DNA of 64,000 nucleotides, taken from Flavobacteriales bacterium. GTDB lineage: Bacteria > Bacteroidota > Bacteroidia > Flavobacteriales > UBA7430. The position numbers and the translations under genes were made by a program. Under the pieces are notes generated by a model. That model searched no databases. It was not told the origin of the DNA and saw only the letters and a program-made list of their open reading frames with translations. Shown piece by piece: positions 60,759-64,000 of this stretch (its first letter is position 1; each line of letters starts with the position of its first letter). The stretch lies in contig JAKMFX010000019.1 in assembly GCA_022425195.1 (NCBI GenBank), positions 84,676-148,675 on the forward strand, read 5' to 3'.

Positions 60759-60890
60759 ATGATTTCTTTAGAGAAATGTAAAGAAATACTAAATTGTAAT
60801 GAAAATCATTACTCAATGGAACAAGTCAAAATAATTCGAGACACTCTCGAAACATTGGCTGGTATCGTCTATGAATCAAAACTGGGCTAA
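60759..60890 (+). CDS. Possible 43-aa ORF translationally coupled to the recombinase gene
   Basis: Hand-translated as MISLEKCKEILNCNENHYSMEQVKIIRDTLETLAGIVYESKLG. Its stop overlaps the recombinase ATG context (TAAAATG). No family recognised. Confidence 0.25.
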   Translation: MISLEKCKEILNCNENHYSMEQVKIIRDTLETLAGIVYESKLG

Positions 60891-60891
60891 A

Positions 60892-62478
60892 ATGAAATCC
60901 CTCAAAGGAAAAAGAGCAATCCTCTACAGAAGAGTAAGTACGACCGATCAAAAAGATTACGGAAATAGTTTAAACTCTCAACAAACAGAACTTCATAAAT
61001 TCTGTGCGAGCCATTCTATTGAAATTGTTAAAGATTTTCAAGAAGACTATTCGGCTAAAGATTTCTACAGACCCGTATTTACGAAACTCATACAATATGC
61101 CACATTAAACAAAAACAGAATAGACTATCTTTTGGTATATCAATGGGATCGATTTTCTAGAAGCACTGTTGGATCAGTAAATATGGTGGAACTATTTAGA
61201 GGTATGAACATTGAGGTAAACAGCATAAATCAATGGGTAAATCACGATGATGCTCATCAACACCTTGTGTATATGTTTTATATTAGTATGCCAGAAGTTG
61301 ACAATAGAATCAGAAGAGATAGGACAATAGAAGGCACAAGAAGTAATCTTAAAGAAGGGCGTTGGGTGTTAAATCAGCCTAAAGGCTATGTACCAGGTAG
61401 AGATGAGACAGGAAAGGTATTAATGAAACCCGATCCAAAAATTGCCCCATTAATTTCTGAGTTATTCAAAGACTTTTCCCTCGGAATCTACTCTCAAAAT
61501 GAGTTGAGAAAATTACCCAAATTCAAACCACTTGAGTTAACAAAAAGTGGAATCAGTAGAATCTTGAATCAACCTTTATATTCAGGTAAAATTATAGTTC
61601 CTGCCTACAAGGATGAGCCAGAGCAGATGGTTGATGCCATTCACGAACCCTTAATCTCTGAGGAAATTTTTGAAAAAGTTCAATACGAACTGGGTCAAAG
61701 AAAACGCATCAAACATAAGCCTGTTAAACAAAATGATTTATTACCTATGAGAGGTTATTTATCTTGCAATAAATGTGGCTCTAACCTCACTGGGAGTGGT
61801 TCTAAGAGCAAAACAGGGAAGAAGCATTATTACTACCATTGTAACCCAAGAAATGGCTGTAATGAGCGATTTAAAGTCGCTTTAGCTCACAACTCAATTC
61901 AAGATACACTGGACAGTTTGAAACCCAAAGAAGAGGTCATAAACCTCTTCGAATACATCTTAAAAAACCAATATGAAAATTCTGAAAAGTCCAACAAGTC
62001 AACAATAAAAAAAATAGACGATAAGATTACTAAACTTAAGAACAGAAAAGACATCTTGTTGGATAGGTATTTAGATGGTCACATTGATAATGACACCTAC
62101 AATTCAAAATCTTCTGAATTATCGCATCAAATAAATGATTTGGTTTTTGATAAAAATCAATTGGATCAGTATGAAAAGGATGAAATTGAATACATCGACT
62201 TTGGAATTTATATGGTAAAACATCTTGGAACTCTATATGACAAAGGCAGTTTACCCATAAAACAAAAACTACTGAGTTCGATATTCAAAGAAAAACTCGT
62301 ATTTGATGGGGAAAAGTATCGAACTCCAAAACTCAATAAAGGAATTGAGCTCATTACGAGTAGCATCAAGGGATTGGAAAGCATAGGAAACAAAAACGGG
62401 AGACCATCTTTCGATAACCTCCCGTTAAGTACCTGGGGCGGGAATCGAACCCGCACTCTCGAAAGAACTGGATTTTGA
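60892..62478 (+). CDS. Large serine recombinase (resolvase/invertase N-terminal domain, recombinase domain and zinc ribbon)
   Basis: Catalytic-serine motif AILYRRVSTTDQ. Cys4 zinc ribbon (CNKCGS...YYYHCNPRNGC) and a C-terminal coiled-coil region. An alternative start is at 60871. The last ~16 codons are antisense to tRNA-Leu. Confidence 0.85.
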   Translation: MKSLKGKRAILYRRVSTTDQKDYGNSLNSQQTELHKFCASHSIEIVKDFQEDYSAKDFYRPVFTKLIQYATLNKNRIDYLLVYQWDRFSRSTVGSVNMVELFRGMNIEVNSINQWVNHDDAHQHLVYMFYISMPEVDNRIRRDRTIEGTRSNLKEGRWVLNQPKGYVPGRDETGKVLMKPDPKIAPLISELFKDFSLGIYSQNELRKLPKFKPLELTKSGISRILNQPLYSGKIIVPAYKDEPEQMVDAIHEPLISEEIFEKVQYELGQRKRIKHKPVKQNDLLPMRGYLSCNKCGSNLTGSGSKSKTGKKHYYYHCNPRNGCNERFKVALAHNSIQDTLDSLKPKEEVINLFEYILKNQYENSEKSNKSTIKKIDDKITKLKNRKDILLDRYLDGHIDNDTYNSKSSELSHQINDLVFDKNQLDQYEKDEIEYIDFGIYMVKHLGTLYDKGSLPIKQKLLSSIFKEKLVFDGEKYRTPKLNKGIELITSSIKGLESIGNKNGRPSFDNLPLSTWGGNRTRTLERTGF

Positions 62479-62511
62479 ATCCAGCGCGTCTACCAATTCC
62501 GCCACCCAGGC
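62430..62511 (-). tRNA. tRNA-Leu (anticodon CAA)
   Basis: Minus strand GCCTGGGTGGCGGAATTGGTAGACGCGCTGGATTCAAAATCCAGTTCTTTCGAGAGTGCGGGTTCGATTCCCGCCCCAGGTA. Cloverleaf with a long variable arm, anticodon loop TTCAAAA and T-loop GGTTCGATTCC. No encoded CCA. Confidence 0.9.
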
Positions 62512-62529
62512 TTGAAAAAGGTCGAGGGG

Positions 62530-62537
62530 CAAAATTA
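62530..62537 (-). promoter_or_regulatory. Candidate -7 promoter box for tRNA-Leu
   Basis: Minus strand TAATTTTG fits TAnnTTTG and lies about 19 nt upstream of the mature tRNA 5' end. Confidence 0.4.
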
Positions 62538-62768
62538 AGAATACTTTGGCGCCCGCAAAATATTTTTTGGCTTTTAATTCCCTCAACCAAACGCATCCGA
62601 GCAATTCCAGCGCCCGCACACGACTGCGGCTCTATTTTATCTCTGACCATCCACAAACAAAGCGTAAGGATAATCGGCCGTTTACTTGAGCATTTACAAT
62701 ATAATTTCTTACATTTGCTGCCCTTACAGAAGAACGGATTAATCTATTTATCAAAGGATTGCAAAACG

Positions 62769-63698
62769 ATGGATTCAACAATTAAAATATTTTCAGGTAG
62801 AGCGACCCTCCCTTTAGCAAAAAAAATTGCCGAAGACTATGGAGTTCCCTTAGGAAATATCATCATTTTCAACTTTAGTGATGGTGAGTTTATCCCTTCT
62901 TTTGAAGAAACCGTAAGAGGTTCTAAGGTATTCATCATTCAGTCCACTCCACCTCCATCAGACAATCTTATGGAGTTGTTGTTGATGATTGATGCTGCCA
63001 AGCGAGCCTCAGCCTCGCAAATTGTGGCCGTGATGCCTTACTTTGGTATGGCACGCCAAGATCGTAAAGACAAGCCAAGAGTGCCTATAGGGGCAAAGCT
63101 TGTTGCCAACATGCTTACCGCAGCCGGGGCAACGCGCATCATGACTTGTGACTTGCATGCCGATCAAATTCAAGGGTTCCTCGAGGTACCCGTGGATCAC
63201 CTATACGCTTCTTCCGTTTTTATCGACCACATCAAATCTTTAAACCTAGAGCATTTAACCATCGCCTCTCCGGATATGGGGGGTTCCAAGCGCGCGCATG
63301 CTTATGCCAAGCACTTGGGTTGCGAAATGGTGATCTGTTACAAACACCGCAAGAAAGCCAATGAAATTGGTGACATGCGCGTGATTGGAGAGGTAGAAGG
63401 AAGAAATATCGTATTGGTGGATGACATGGTAGATACCGCAGGTACGCTAACCACGGCAGCAGACATGATGTTGAAGCATGGAGCCTTGTCCGTTCGAGCG
63501 GTTTGTACGCACCCTGTTTTGTCGGGCAAAGCCTACGAGCGCGTAGAAAACTCAAAAATGCTTGAGCTGATCGTTACCGATACTTTGCCAAGTCAAGAGA
63601 GTCCAAAAATTAAAGTCATAAGCATCGCTCCCCTGTTTGCCAACGTCATTAAAAACGTGGTCAACAACGAGTCGATCAGTAAAAATTTTATTCGTTAA
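62769..63698 (+). CDS. prs: Ribose-phosphate pyrophosphokinase
   Basis: MDSTIKIFSG start, PYFGMARQDRK, DLHADQIQGF, and PRPP-binding VLVDDMVDTAGT. The ORF-track start at 62475 is a spurious 5' extension across the tRNA. Confidence 0.93.
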   Translation: MDSTIKIFSGRATLPLAKKIAEDYGVPLGNIIIFNFSDGEFIPSFEETVRGSKVFIIQSTPPPSDNLMELLLMIDAAKRASASQIVAVMPYFGMARQDRKDKPRVPIGAKLVANMLTAAGATRIMTCDLHADQIQGFLEVPVDHLYASSVFIDHIKSLNLEHLTIASPDMGGSKRAHAYAKHLGCEMVICYKHRKKANEIGDMRVIGEVEGRNIVLVDDMVDTAGTLTTAADMMLKHGALSVRAVCTHPVLSGKAYERVENSKMLELIVTDTLPSQESPKIKVISIAPLFANVIKNVVNNESISKNFIR

Positions 63699-63727
63699 AT
63701 TAGTTTATAAACCAAAAATCAAACCAA

Positions 63728-64000
63728 ATGAAATCAGTATCTATTAGCGCTGAAAAGCGTGTAGATTTGGGGAAAAAGGAAGCCAAAGCCTTAAGAGCTG
63801 CAGGGAAAGTACCTTGCGTTGTTTACGGCGGAGAAACCGTACATCACTTTTCGGCTACGGAAATCGCTTTCAATAACCTTGTTTACACACCGAATGTATA
63901 CGCGGTGGCGATTGATATTGAGGGCGCTACAGTTAATGCCCTTATCAAAGACATTCAATTTCACCCCGTAACCGATCGAATCCTACACATCGACTTTATC
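63728..64000 (+). CDS. rplY: Ribosomal protein L25/Ctc, N-terminal part (3' end beyond the window)
   Basis: Hand-translated as MKSVSISAEKRVDLGKKEAKALRAAGKVPCVVYGG...IQFHPVTDRILHIDFI. Open to the window end. Confidence 0.85.
   Translation, partial: MKSVSISAEKRVDLGKKEAKALRAAGKVPCVVYGGETVHHFSATEIAFNNLVYTPNVYAVAIDIEGATVNALIKDIQFHPVTDRILHIDFI

Larger units (their letters stand above)
59370..62429. mobile_element. Putative small integrated element (~3 kb): AT-rich block with a large serine recombinase, abutting the 3' end of tRNA-Leu
   Basis: A visibly more AT-rich block than both flanks. It holds a recombinase gene, two orphan genes on the opposite strand, and large non-coding gaps. The right edge is the tRNA-Leu 3' end. 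The left edge is only approximate, set by composition. Confidence 0.5.

Noticed and set aside
1-64000. I looked for CRISPR arrays, rRNA genes, IS elements with terminal inverted repeats, and long tandem repeats.
   Set aside because: No regularly spaced direct repeats, rRNA-like conserved blocks or transposase-like ORFs were seen. The only recombinase is the serine recombinase at 60.9-62.5 kb.

Overview
This window is a densely packed, mostly housekeeping chromosomal segment. It looks like a Bacteroidota (Flavobacteriia-like) genome: T9SS-type C-terminal sorting domains, an S46 dipeptidyl-peptidase, a split MetH, TAnnTTTG-type -7 promoter boxes, and little Shine-Dalgarno signal. I call about 60 protein genes, one tRNA-Leu(CAA), one small SRP RNA, one SAM-I riboswitch and several intrinsic terminators. 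There are three functional blocks. (1) A riboswitch-controlled methionine operon runs from 24.6 kb down to 15.9 kb: metX, osmC, a MetZ/Y-like sulfhydrylase, split metH, metF and asd. (2) A tightly packed sulfur-assimilation/cysteine operon of about 9.3 kb runs from 34.1 kb down to 24.8 kb: sulfite reductase, cobA, cysM-like, JAMM protease, CysO-like carrier, MoeZ-like E1, cysH-like reductase and korAB. (3) A photolyase/cryptochrome cluster sits at 55.7-59.1 kb. It is followed by a small AT-rich insertion (about 59.4-62.4 kb) carrying a large serine recombinase and abutting the 3' end of tRNA-Leu. The most interesting signal is an unannotated 35-codon ORF with 7 Cys codons (MKNSNTYTNLDNAMMNCCACYVMCCCTQNERLDIC). 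It lies just upstream of the cysteine operon and is followed by a terminator hairpin with a U8 tract. Alternative pairings are visible, which is the architecture of trp/his-type leader-peptide attenuation, here apparently tuned to cysteine. Other points worth a second look are the protein-thiocarboxylate (CysO/JAMM/MoeZ/CysM) cysteine route with a C-terminally extended carrier, a frameshift splitting the sulfite reductase gene, a photolyase-family protein whose domain order looks circularly permuted, and a recombinase ORF that reads into the tRNA gene. All functional calls rest on motif-level recognition of the supplied translations and on reading the DNA by eye. No database search or RNA folding was run.
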